Part shown: in pieces, positions 8,739-23,463 of the stretch | Numbering within the stretch: the first letter of the stretch is position 1 | Layout of the letters: each line of letters starts with the position of its first letter | Source of the DNA: Kofleriaceae bacterium | GTDB lineage: Bacteria; Myxococcota_A; Polyangia; Haliangiales; Haliangiaceae | Assembly: GCA_964203225.1 (NCBI GenBank) | Contig: CAXNMK010000002.1 | Coordinates: forward strand, 545,664 to 609,663 | DNA: 64,000 nucleotides | Direction of reading: 5' to 3' | Made by a program: the position numbers and the translations under genes | Notes under the pieces: model-generated | Told to the model about the DNA's origin: nothing | Database searches by the model: none | What the model saw: only the letters and a program-made list of their open reading frames with translations

Positions 8739-10222
8739 GACCGGCGGCGCCGGCGGGAGAACACGAGCGCGGCGAACGTCAGCCCGAGCGTGATGGCGCC
8801 GCCCTGGCCCCCCGCGGAGCAGATGCCACCCGTGCCGTCGTCGTAGCCGGGCCAGCACAGGCCGGTGCCGGAGGCGTCGAGGCAGCCGAAGCCCTCGGGG
8901 CACTGGCCCTCGCCGAGTTCGCACAGCTCGACGCAGTACTTGTCGGTGCCGCTCTGGGCGCACGTGCCCGACGAGCAGTCGGGGCCCGACATGCACGGCT
9001 GGCCCAGGCCCCCCGGGGCGTTGGGGCCGGTGACGCAGCGGCCGCCGATGCAGGTGTCGGTGTCCTTCGAGCAGTCCGCGGGCTTGCCGCACGGCGCGCC
9101 GATCACGACCTGGGTCTCGGCGGAGGCCGAGGTGCCGAACACGTCGTAGGCGGTGGCGCGGACCCGGTGCGTGCCATCGGCGAGCGTGGTCGGGGCGTTG
9201 AATGCGTACGGGCCGTTGACGAGCGTGCCGGTGTTGACGTTGTCGACGAACACCTCGACGCGGCCGATGCCGACGTCATCCGTCGCCGTCACCACGATCG
9301 GGAACCCGGGCGCCACGCTCGCGCCGAGCTTGGGATTGGTGATGGTCACCGTCGGCGGCGTCGGCGTGCCCGCGCCGAACAGCGCCGTGATGATCTCGAA
9401 CGAGTTCTGGGTGGCGCGGCCGGTGCAGGCACACGCGTGGAGCTGCTGGTTGCTGCCCGTGCAGGTCGCGCCGAACGGGGACTGGCCGCCGACGCAGTCG
9501 CTGCCGCAGTTGACCTCGGCGTCCTTGAACCGGCGGCGGCCGTTGTACGGGAAGTAGGTCAGCGGGTCGCTGGCGTCCGTGACGTGATCGAGCGCGAACG
9601 AGTGCGCGATCTCCTGCGAGGCGGTGGCGCAGATCTCGTCGACGTCGGAGCCGTAGACCTTCTGGAATGCGAACACGAGCGAGTTCGGGATGTACGAGAC
9701 GCCGCAGTTGAACGGCGACACGCCGCCGGTGTTCGAGTTCATGCCGAGGTCGGTCGGAGAGCCGGCGATCATGATCTCGAAGTGCGGCCCCGGGCTCGGG
9801 TTGGTCGTGGTGACCTCGACGCCGAACGGCGCGAACGTCTGCTTCACGCAGTCGACCACCTGGGTCCACACCGCGTCGCTCGCGTTGAACGCCGTCAGCG
9901 TGCGCGTGGCATTGATGCCCCACATACCCTGGAAGCCGCTGCCGTCGAGCGAGCTCGCCTGGCCCGGGCGCACGATGCAGCCGTTGGGCTTGCAGTTGTT
10001 GAGGAAGATCTTGTTGGAGTTGACCGCGTGGGCGACGGTGCCCGGGTCGATGTCCATCAGCACGCGGTCGGTCCGCGGGCGGGACACCAGCGCCAGCGGG
10101 GCGGTGTCCTCGGTGATCGAGGCGCCCTCCGAGGGCGACCAGGTCACGCCGTCGGCGATCGCAGGTGCGACGCCGAGCAGCAGGGAAGCGGTGGCGACGA
10201 CACGGACCGGAACGCGCTTCAT
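8735..10222 (-). CDS. secreted metzincin-like protein with MYXO-CTERM (paralog 2)
   Basis: Start ATG 10222 with AAGGG 8 nt upstream. Signal peptide MKRVPVRVVATASLLLGVAPAIA. Motif SQEIAHSFALDH...DPLTYF. Same Ig-like, Cys-rich and MYXO-CTERM architecture (GGICSAGG...FSRRRRRS). Confidence 0.75.
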   Translation of the reverse strand: MKRVPVRVVATASLLLGVAPAIADGVTWSPSEGASITEDTAPLALVSRPRTDRVLMDIDPGTVAHAVNSNKIFLNNCKPNGCIVRPGQASSLDGSGFQGMWGINATRTLTAFNASDAVWTQVVDCVKQTFAPFGVEVTTTNPSPGPHFEIMIAGSPTDLGMNSNTGGVSPFNCGVSYIPNSLVFAFQKVYGSDVDEICATASQEIAHSFALDHVTDASDPLTYFPYNGRRRFKDAEVNCGSDCVGGQSPFGATCTGSNQQLHACACTGRATQNSFEIITALFGAGTPTPPTVTITNPKLGASVAPGFPIVVTATDDVGIGRVEVFVDNVNTGTLVNGPYAFNAPTTLADGTHRVRATAYDVFGTSASAETQVVIGAPCGKPADCSKDTDTCIGGRCVTGPNAPGGLGQPCMSGPDCSSGTCAQSGTDKYCVELCELGEGQCPEGFGCLDASGTGLCWPGYDDGTGGICSAGGQGGAITLGLTFAALVFSRRRRRS

Positions 10223-10338
10223 GAGGCACCCTTTCATAGCTGGTAAGGCCGCGCGGTTCCTAGCGGAAACTGCTGGCTTCGTCCAGCCGATGGAGGCCCC
10301 GCGTTCGCACCCACCCGGGGGGGCCCAGCGCGCGGTCC

Positions 10339-11742
10339 TCAGCGTCGACGGCGGCGGGGGATCACGAGGGCGCCGAGCGCGAGGGCGAGCAGGGAGATCC
10401 CGCCACCACTCCCGCTCGCGGCACAGCCACCGTCGTCCCCGGCGCCAGGCCAGCACACGCCGCCGTCACCGGCCGGGATGCAGCCGAAGTCGCCCGGGCA
10501 CCCGTCCTCGTCGGGGTTGCACACCTCGACGCAGTACGCCGCGCCGGTGCCGTCGCCGCCGCACTGGCCGGACAGGCAGTCGCTGTTGCCGACGCACGTG
10601 GTGCCGAGGCCGCCGTCGACGCCGCTGCCCGCGACGCACCGACCCTCGACGCACACCTGGCCGTCACCGGGGCAGTCACCCGAGCCACCGCACGGCTTGC
10701 CGATCGAGGCGGTGAGCTGCGTGCTGGTGGGCGTGCTCGCGATGTCGTAGGCGGTGACCTTGATGATGTGGTTGCCGTTGGCGAGCGCGGTCGGCGCGTT
10801 CCACACGTACGGCGCGGCGGTCAGCGTGTTGATCAGGCGGCCATCGATGCGGAGCTCGACCTTCGAGATCGCGATGTCATCGGTCGCCTCGGCGCGGATC
10901 GGGAACTCGGCGGCGAGGCGCGCCCCGGCGGCGGGCGTGGTGATCTCGACGGTGGGCGGGGTGGGCGCGCTCGGCCCGAACGTGTCCAGGATCTCGCGGA
11001 AGCTGTTCATCGTGCTGCCGCCGCACTGGCAGCCGCGCGCGCTGAACTCGCCGCAGGCACCGGCCTCGTTCTGGAACACCTTCCGGCTCGGGCCGGACTG
11101 GAGGTAGGTCATCGGATCGCGGTTGTCGAACTTGTGGTCGAGGCCCCACGAGTGTGCGGTCTCCTGCGCGACGGTCCAGCAGATGTCGTCGACGCTGCCA
11201 CCGTAGACGTTGGCGAAGCTGAACGAGATGCCGCCGGTGATGAAGCCGCAGCTGAACGGCGACACGCCGCCGACGCCGTTCTGGAACCCGACGTCGGTGG
11301 GGCGGCCGGCGGCGATCGCCATGTGGTAGCCGGCGGTGGCCGGGCGCTCGGTCACGATCTCGACGTCGAACGGCGCGTACGTGCGCTTGACGCAATCGAC
11401 GACCTGCGCCCAGTTGTCGTCGCTGTACGCGTACGGCTGGACGGTGGAGGTCGCGTCGATGATCGACGAGCGGTTGGTGTGCGCGTTCTCGCCACCCGGG
11501 GACAGCTGGCAGCCGTTGGGCTTGCAGTTGTTCAGGTAGATGACGTTGTTCTCGACGGCCGACACGCCGTCACCCGTGAACGTCGGGAGGCCGGGATCGA
11601 CCACCACGTACGTGGGCTGCGCGCGGCTCCATGGAGTGACGAGCGGGTTCGCGGGCGCATCGGCCACGTTCCCCTGGACGTCGGCGTGAACGAGGCCGAC
11701 CGGGGCGGTCAGGGCGGCCAGGACAGCGAGGGCGCGCTTCAT
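10339..11742 (-). CDS. secreted metzincin-like protein with MYXO-CTERM (paralog 3)
   Basis: Signal peptide MKRALAVLAALTAPVGLVHA. Motif AQETAHSWGLDHKF...DPMTYL. Ig-like domain (EATDDIAISKVELRIDG). Cys-rich block, then GGVCWPG...GGCAASGSGG + TM + RRRR. Confidence 0.75.
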   Translation of the reverse strand: MKRALAVLAALTAPVGLVHADVQGNVADAPANPLVTPWSRAQPTYVVVDPGLPTFTGDGVSAVENNVIYLNNCKPNGCQLSPGGENAHTNRSSIIDATSTVQPYAYSDDNWAQVVDCVKRTYAPFDVEIVTERPATAGYHMAIAAGRPTDVGFQNGVGGVSPFSCGFITGGISFSFANVYGGSVDDICWTVAQETAHSWGLDHKFDNRDPMTYLQSGPSRKVFQNEAGACGEFSARGCQCGGSTMNSFREILDTFGPSAPTPPTVEITTPAAGARLAAEFPIRAEATDDIAISKVELRIDGRLINTLTAAPYVWNAPTALANGNHIIKVTAYDIASTPTSTQLTASIGKPCGGSGDCPGDGQVCVEGRCVAGSGVDGGLGTTCVGNSDCLSGQCGGDGTGAAYCVEVCNPDEDGCPGDFGCIPAGDGGVCWPGAGDDGGCAASGSGGGISLLALALGALVIPRRRRR

Positions 11743-11887
11743 GTCCCGGTGTTGTAGCGGACCTGACACCGCTGTCACCATGGACCACCCCTGTCTTCTG
11801 CTCGCCCTCCCTGAGAAGGCGGGACCGCACTCCTGCGGCTCGCACACCTCGCGGGCAAGTCGTTGGGATCGCTGGGCGTTTGACCGG

Positions 11888-12877
11888 TCAGAGCACGGCG
11901 GCGGTGACGATGAACCCGACGTAGGCGAGCACCAGCAGGGCACCCTCCGCCCGGGAGATCCGCCGATCCCCGCGCAGGACGAGCACGCCGAGCAGCGTGA
12001 TCACGAGCAGGCCGACAAGCTCCGTCATGTGGGGCCGGCCGACCAGCGTGATGGGCTGGAGGTAGCCGGTGATCCCGAGCACGAGGAACACGTTGAGCAG
12101 GTTCGAGCCGATCACCGAGCCGATCGCGAGGGCGGCGTGGCCGCGGCGCGCGGCGATCAGCGAGGCCAGCAGCTCCGGTAGCGCGCAGCCGAGGCTGATC
12201 ACGGTCAGGCCGAGCATGCGCTCGCTCATCCCGATCACGCCCGCGAAGCCGCGGCCGCCGCGCACGAACAGGTCCGAGCCGATCACGAGCAGGACCAGGC
12301 CGATGCCGGTCATCAGCAGGGCGGCGCCCGTCGACGCTCGAGGTCGCGCGCGGCCGCCGACGAGCGCGCCGCTCTCCTCGGCGCGGCGGCCCTCGGTGTC
12401 GAGGTTGTCCTCGTCGGCGCTCATCCGGGCGGACACGGTCAGGGTCACGATCGTGAACACCACCGCGCAGCCGATCAGGAGCGCGCCCTCGAGCTGGGTC
12501 AGGCGGCCGTCGCGGAGCAGGAGAGGCATCGCGATCACCGAGCCCACGAGGATCGGCAGCTCGCGGCGGATCATGCGCCCGTCGATCGTCGGCGGGGACA
12601 CCAGCGCGGTCAGCCCGAGGATCAGCGAGATGTTGGCGGCGCACGAGCCGATCACCGTGCCGAGGGCGATCGGCTGGTGGTGCGTGAGCGCGGTCTTGGT
12701 CGCGATCGCGAGCTCGGGAGCGGACGCGCCGTACGCGACCACGGTCAGCCCGATCACCAGCGGCTTGACGCCGAACGTGCGCGCGAGCGAGGCGGAGCCC
12801 CGGATCAGCCACTCGGCACCCCAGTACAGGATCGCGATCCCGAGGATGACCTGCGTGATGTTGAGGGCGGTGCCCAC
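11888..12877 (-). CDS. Ca2+/Na+ antiporter, CaCA (YrbG-like) family
   Basis: 329 aa, 10 predicted TM. Two alpha-repeat signature segments (AYGASAPELAIA and ISLGCALPELLASL) are typical of cation/Ca2+ exchangers. Confidence 0.8.
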   Translation of the reverse strand: MGTALNITQVILGIAILYWGAEWLIRGSASLARTFGVKPLVIGLTVVAYGASAPELAIATKTALTHHQPIALGTVIGSCAANISLILGLTALVSPPTIDGRMIRRELPILVGSVIAMPLLLRDGRLTQLEGALLIGCAVVFTIVTLTVSARMSADEDNLDTEGRRAEESGALVGGRARPRASTGAALLMTGIGLVLLVIGSDLFVRGGRGFAGVIGMSERMLGLTVISLGCALPELLASLIAARRGHAALAIGSVIGSNLLNVFLVLGITGYLQPITLVGRPHMTELVGLLVITLLGVLVLRGDRRISRAEGALLVLAYVGFIVTAAVL

Positions 12878-12902
12878 GTCGGCGACAGTGTCGCCCCCGG
12901 CG

Positions 12903-12966
12903 GCGGCGGGCGCAAGCGAGCTGGTCGGGGCGTCGGGGCGTCGGGGCGTCGGGGCGTCGGGGCGTC
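12903..12966. repeat. tandem 8-nt repeat (GTCGGGGC) x8, intergenic between the SCO1-like gene and the CaCA gene
   Basis: gtcggggc repeated 7 times perfectly plus one variant. Unit length is not a multiple of 3. Eight consecutive GGGG tracts on the plus strand. Confidence 0.9.
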
Positions 12967-12978
12967 GGGGCGTCGGGA

Positions 12979-13749
12979 CTATGAGCCGCCGAACTTGTAG
13001 CTGCCGGCGGTGCGCGCGAGGTAGCGGGCGTGGCGGAGCAGATCGTCGAGCTTCTGCACCTCGCTGGAGTCGTAGACCCCGCGGATCCTCAGGCTGCCGT
13101 CGACCAGCACGAAGTAGCCGTTATGGGAGATCGCGGGCGCGCCCGAGGGCGTCTGGCCTTCGAGGACCATCGAGTTCATGAACGGGCCCTCGACCAGCGC
13201 CTTGACCAGCTCCTCGGGGCCGGTGACGAACCGCCACTTGTCGGCGAGCGCGCCGTAACGCTGGGCGTACGCGGCGAGGCGCTCCGGCGTGTCGTACGTG
13301 GGATCGACCGACACCGACATCAGCTTGATCGGGACCGCGCGCCGGTCGAGCAGCTTGTCCTGCAGGCGCTGCAACTTGAGCGAGGTGATCGGGCAGACCG
13401 TGTCGCACCGGGTGAACACGAAGTTGACGATCGTCGGGTGACCGCGCAGGGCGTCCTCGGTGAACGGCCGGCCCTGCTCGTCGACGAGGCTGAACGCCGT
13501 CACGGTGCCGAGGTCCGGCAGCTCGAGGTGGTCTCCGCGCTTGATCAGCGTGGGGATGAGCACGAACGGCACGACCGCGATCACGAGCAGCGCGAGCATG
13601 ACGAGGAGCAGCTTCTTGCCCGGCACCCCGGAGGGGCGCGGCGCGAGGGCGGCGGGCGGGGTCACCGGCGGACCCTGGCAGATCCGCGGGCCCTTTGCAC
13701 GTGCGCGGGGGTGCGGCAGGTCACCGCGGGTACGTGCTACCGAGGACAT
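12979..13749 (-). CDS. SCO1/SenC family copper chaperone (thioredoxin-like, membrane-anchored)
   Basis: TM segment KKLLLVMLALLVIAVVPFVLIPTLI followed by a thioredoxin-fold domain with CDTVCP (CxxxC) and the HNGYFVLVD region typical of SCO1. Start uncertain (13749-13863). Confidence 0.7.
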   Translation of the reverse strand: MSSVARTRGDLPHPRARAKGPRICQGPPVTPPAALAPRPSGVPGKKLLLVMLALLVIAVVPFVLIPTLIKRGDHLELPDLGTVTAFSLVDEQGRPFTEDALRGHPTIVNFVFTRCDTVCPITSLKLQRLQDKLLDRRAVPIKLMSVSVDPTYDTPERLAAYAQRYGALADKWRFVTGPEELVKALVEGPFMNSMVLEGQTPSGAPAISHNGYFVLVDGSLRIRGVYDSSEVQKLDDLLRHARYLARTAGSYKFGGS

Positions 13750-13891
13750 CGAGGCACCGCACGAGCACGCCCCGTTCCTGTGTGGGTCCATGCAGGCAAC
13801 CCATGAGTTCGAGTGGTTCGCGGCGCGGCGCGGCGGGTGGCCGGTGGCCGGTGGGCCAGTCATGGCAGAACCTATCGCCAGCCGCGCTGGC

Positions 13892-18577
<4,686 letters not shown>

Positions 18578-18601
18578 CCCCGAGCTCCGCGTGATTTTAG
18601 C

Positions 18602-19264
18602 TCACAGCGGCGTCACGACGAGGTTGTCGAACCAGGTATCGGTCTCCCAGTTGTTGACGGCGAAGTACTCGTGACCGGGCCCCTCGAGGGCGTCCTTGTC
18701 GTCGAGCTCGAGGAACGGGGCGTCCATGTCGTTGACGAACCACCGGACCACGCTGCCGGTGCGCTCGATCTTCCAGTGGTAGTGGCGGTTCGGGATCACC
18801 TTGACATCGGCCCGCGAGACCAGCTCCCGGCCATGCTCGTCCATCCGCGCGATCATCGACTTGCTGTTGCTCCAGCCGCCGAAGATCACCATGTATGCGG
18901 TCGCCAGGTAACCGCCGCGGTCCGGGTCGTAGGAGCTGCCGTCGCCGAACACCTCGACCTTGATGTCGCCGCGGGGCTCTGTCGACCACACGTCGACCTC
19001 GATCCGCACGTTGCGCGGCAACTTCTTGCGCAGCCACAGCGGGTGGTTATAGCCGCCCTTCGCCGACAGGGCGCCGTCCACGATCCGGTACGCGTCGCCG
19101 GTCGCGTACCAGTTGGTGCCGAGCTCGGCGCGGTCAAAGCTGTCGTAGAACGGCTGCGTGATCGGGGGGGCGTCCTTGACCTTGCAGGCAGGGAGGCAGG
19201 CCAGCCAAGCGGCTGACACCACGGCGGGAGTGACCAGGGCGCGCACGCCGCACACTGTAGCCAA
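18602..19264 (-). CDS. putative secreted/lipoprotein, hypothetical (220 aa)
   Basis: N-terminal signal with LACLPAC. Balanced composition with many Trp/Tyr; beta-rich. Lies 24 nt upstream of the giant STK on the same strand. Confidence 0.55.
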   Translation of the reverse strand: MATVCGVRALVTPAVVSAAWLACLPACKVKDAPPITQPFYDSFDRAELGTNWYATGDAYRIVDGALSAKGGYNHPLWLRKKLPRNVRIEVDVWSTEPRGDIKVEVFGDGSSYDPDRGGYLATAYMVIFGGWSNSKSMIARMDEHGRELVSRADVKVIPNRHYHWKIERTGSVVRWFVNDMDAPFLELDDKDALEGPGHEYFAVNNWETDTWFDNLVVTPL

Positions 19265-19394
19265 ACCCCCGGGAGTGATCTCTCGGATCGCTAACGTATT
19301 CGATCGCTTGGCGATCTGACCGTTGCCCGGTGTCAGGGGGCCCCTTTATGGTCAACGTGTGGAAGGCACGCTGTCGCTGTTCGAGTGGTCACCA

Positions 19395-19448
19395 CCGGTG
19401 GGTCCGGTGGGTCCGGTGGGTCCGGTGGGTCCGGTGGGTCCGGTGGGT
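19395..19448. repeat. tandem 9-nt repeat (GTGGGTCCG) x6
   Basis: Directly visible. The three frames read (VGP)n, (WVR)n or (GGS)n. Sits between the lipoprotein gene and the exonuclease gene. Confidence 0.9.
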
Positions 19449-19609
19449 CAGGTGGGGCGCGAGGCTGCGCCCACCGCGCGTGACAGCGGCGCCCCGATGC
19501 CCGCGGACGCCGCGACGGCGACCGAGTCCCGCGGTGCCCGCAAGGGGAAGGCCGGCAAGAAGCCGCGAGCGGCCGCCGCGACGGCGCCGGTGGCATCGGA
19601 GACCGCGGC

Positions 19610-19684
19610 GCCCGTGACCGCGGCGCCCGTGACCGCGGCGCCCGTGACCGCGGCGCCGGAGACCGCGGCGCCCGTGGTCGCCCC
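19610..19684. repeat. tandem 15-nt repeat (GCGGCGCCCGTGACC) x~5, reads AAPVT in one frame
   Basis: Directly visible. Same frame as the (VGP)n reading of the 9-nt array upstream. Confidence 0.85.
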
Positions 19685-19872
19685 GGTGCGCGCGCCCGCC
19701 CCGGTGCGCGCGTCCACCCCGGTGCGCCCGCTGCCCGTCGCGGCCGTACTCGCGCCCTTCACGGGCGCTGCGCCTCGCGTCCGACGCGGCGATCCCGGTT
19801 GCGATCGGCCCGGCCCCGTCGTCCGGCGGCGTCCGCGCTCTCGGCACCGGCCCCGTCGCTCACACCGCGCGC

Positions 19873-20688
19873 GTGCTGGTGTTCGACTGCGAGACCACGG
19901 GCACGGACCGCACCCGCGACCAGGTGATCGAGCTGTGCGTGCAGCATGGCCTCGAGTCCGATGCGCCGAGCCAGGTGTGGCGGATCAAGCCGGCGGCCGC
20001 GATCCATCCCGGGGCGCAGGCCGTCCACGGGATCACAGCCCTGGAGCTGGCGGACTGCCCGCCGTTCGAGGCGGTCGCGGCCGAGATCGCCGCGGTGTTC
20101 GCCGAGGCCGAGGTGATCGTTGGCTACAACCTGACGTTCGACATCGACATGCTGCAGGCCGAGTACACGCGGATCGGCAAGCCGCTCCTCGATTTCGGCA
20201 GCAAGAAGATCGTCGACGCGTTCCGGCTGTGGCAGCAATGCGAGCCGCGCAGCCTGATGCACGCGCACCAGCGGTTCGTCGGCAACGAGTTCGCCGCCGC
20301 GCACTCCGCGAGTGCGGACGTCGCCGCCACCGGGCGCGTGCTCGCCGGCATGCTGCGCCACTTCGATCTCGACGCGCTCGACTGGGAGCAGATCGCCAGC
20401 AAGGCGGATCCCACCGCCGCGCAGCGCGCGAGCTGGGTCGGGCCGTCGCGCCACCTCCGCTGGGAGGGCGACGTCGTGGTCCTCGGGTTCGGCAAGCACA
20501 GCGGCGCCGCCCTCCACGAGCTCGCGGCCGGCACCGATCGCGGCTTCCTCAAGTGGGTGATCGGCAAGGACTTCCCGGCCCACGTCGCCGAGGTCTGCAA
20601 GGCCGCCCTCGAGATGTCCGCGGAGCCGTTCCTGGCGTGGGCGCGCGAGCGCCACGGCCCGCCGCAGCCGCCGGCGCCCGCGGCGTGA
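19873..20688 (+). CDS. DEDDh-type 3'-5' exonuclease domain protein with uncharacterised C-terminal domain
   Basis: GTG start. Exo I FDCETTG, Exo II YNLTFDIDML, Exo III HSASADV (H-x4-D). About 100 aa of C-terminal extension has no recognised motif. GC hairpin (ccgcccggcgg) just after the stop. Confidence 0.75.
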   Translation: MLVFDCETTGTDRTRDQVIELCVQHGLESDAPSQVWRIKPAAAIHPGAQAVHGITALELADCPPFEAVAAEIAAVFAEAEVIVGYNLTFDIDMLQAEYTRIGKPLLDFGSKKIVDAFRLWQQCEPRSLMHAHQRFVGNEFAAAHSASADVAATGRVLAGMLRHFDLDALDWEQIASKADPTAAQRASWVGPSRHLRWEGDVVVLGFGKHSGAALHELAAGTDRGFLKWVIGKDFPAHVAEVCKAALEMSAEPFLAWARERHGPPQPPAPAA

Positions 20689-20791
20689 GCTGACCGGGTG
20701 CGCCGCCCGGCGGGAACACGCCGTGGCCGTCGCGCGTTGAGTCGTCAGCTGGCGGCGGTTCTGGTCGCACGGGAGACGCACGCGGATCCAC

Positions 20792-21583
20792 GTGCTCGCC
20801 GCGGTGCTCGCCACCGCCATGCCCCTCGTCGCCACCGCACCCCCCACCGAGCGGCGGCTTCACTCGAACGACGTGGATGCCAGCTCGTTCCTGTGGAACG
20901 ACTGGAACAGGTTCGTCGAGAACTACCACCCGAACTATGTCGCTGACGATGACCCGGCGACCGCGTGGGTCGAGGGCAGCAAGACCAGCGGCGCGGGTGA
21001 GCAGCTCCGGATCCGGGTGACCCAGCTCCCCGACACCACGCGCGTGCGGCTGCGGATCCGCAACGGCTACCAGAACAGCAAGCCGCTGTTCCTCGCGAAC
21101 GCACGCGCGCGTGAGGTCACGCTGTGGCTGCTGCCCTCGGAGGTCGAGGTCCGCGCCACGCTCACCGATCGCGATGCCTGGCAGGAGCTCGCGATCACGC
21201 AGCCGCGCGGGCCGATGCGGGCCGTCGAACTCGACATCGTGCCCGCCGGAGACATCCACCGTCCCCTCGCGCTGCGCGTGTGGCGCTCGTTGGATCCTGA
21301 TCTGCTGACCGAGGTGTTCCTCGGGCGGCGGTTCGAGGACGTCGATGGTGGCGGGAAGACGACGGTGTGGGACTCGTCGAGCGCGCCCGGGCAGACCCGG
21401 CGCCACGAGCTGCCCGTGGCGCTGTTCGGCGGCGAGCCCGACGAGGCGCTCGACCTCGAGCTGGTCTACGTGTTCATCCAGAGCGAGTCCCCGCGCCCCC
21501 ACCGGCTGCCCGCGGAGCCCACCACCCACATGATGGCGCGGCGGCGCCCGCGCATCGACGAGCTGCCCGCGTGTGCACCCTGA
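20792..21583 (+). CDS. hypothetical secreted protein (263 aa)
   Basis: GTG start. Hydrophobic N-terminus MLAAVLATAMPLVATAPP, non-biased composition. No recognised domain. Confidence 0.5.
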   Translation: MLAAVLATAMPLVATAPPTERRLHSNDVDASSFLWNDWNRFVENYHPNYVADDDPATAWVEGSKTSGAGEQLRIRVTQLPDTTRVRLRIRNGYQNSKPLFLANARAREVTLWLLPSEVEVRATLTDRDAWQELAITQPRGPMRAVELDIVPAGDIHRPLALRVWRSLDPDLLTEVFLGRRFEDVDGGGKTTVWDSSSAPGQTRRHELPVALFGGEPDEALDLELVYVFIQSESPRPHRLPAEPTTHMMARRRPRIDELPACAP

Positions 21584-21602
21584 CGGCGGGGCGAGCGGAC
21601 GC

Positions 21603-22001
21603 TCAGGCCGTGCGGCGGACGATCGCGTCCAGCGACGCTGGCCCCGCGCCGCGGACGGCGAGCCACAGGAACACGAAGCAGTAGACGACGGCGAGTTCGC
21701 CGCCGTTGACGATCGGGAGGAACCGCTCGCCCAGCTCGAGCTTCCAGTGGAACTGGATGTACGCGACGGCCATCGTGCCCGCGCTCAGGAACGCGGCAGG
21801 GCGGGTGTACAGGCCGAGTGCGATCAGGGCCCCGCCGGCGAGCTCGATCACTCCGCCGAGCCCCTTCTGCGACAGCAGCTCGACGGGCGCGCGCGTGGTG
21901 AGCGCGCCGAACAGCTTCTGCGCGCCATGCAGCGCGAACATGCAGCCGGTGACGATCCGCAGGACCCTGAGGGTCCAGCTCTCGAGCGTGGCGCGGTTCA
22001 T
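21603..22001 (-). CDS. DoxX family membrane protein
   Basis: 132 aa, 4 [15 protein letters not shown] and [16 protein letters not shown] are typical of DoxX. Embedded as the C-terminal tail of a longer wrong-frame ORF (21603..22577); start placed at MNRATLES. Confidence 0.75.
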   Translation of the reverse strand: MNRATLESWTLRVLRIVTGCMFALHGAQKLFGALTTRAPVELLSQKGLGGVIELAGGALIALGLYTRPAAFLSAGTMAVAYIQFHWKLELGERFLPIVNGGELAVVYCFVFLWLAVRGAGPASLDAIVRRTA

Positions 22002-22059
22002 CGCGGCCGCCTGGTGATAGCGCGCGCCACCCCCGGTGGCACCCCGCGGGCGCGCGCTC

Positions 22060-23442
<1,383 letters not shown>

Positions 23443-23463
23443 GCCGCGGTATGGTAGCCCAGG

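Noticed and set aside
19323-20693. 456-aa ORF spanning the repeat spacer and the exonuclease gene in a different frame
   Set aside because: Downstream two-thirds is clearly the wrong frame of the DEDDh exonuclease (Arg/Gly noise). Only the first ~450 nt might be coding; see the finding.
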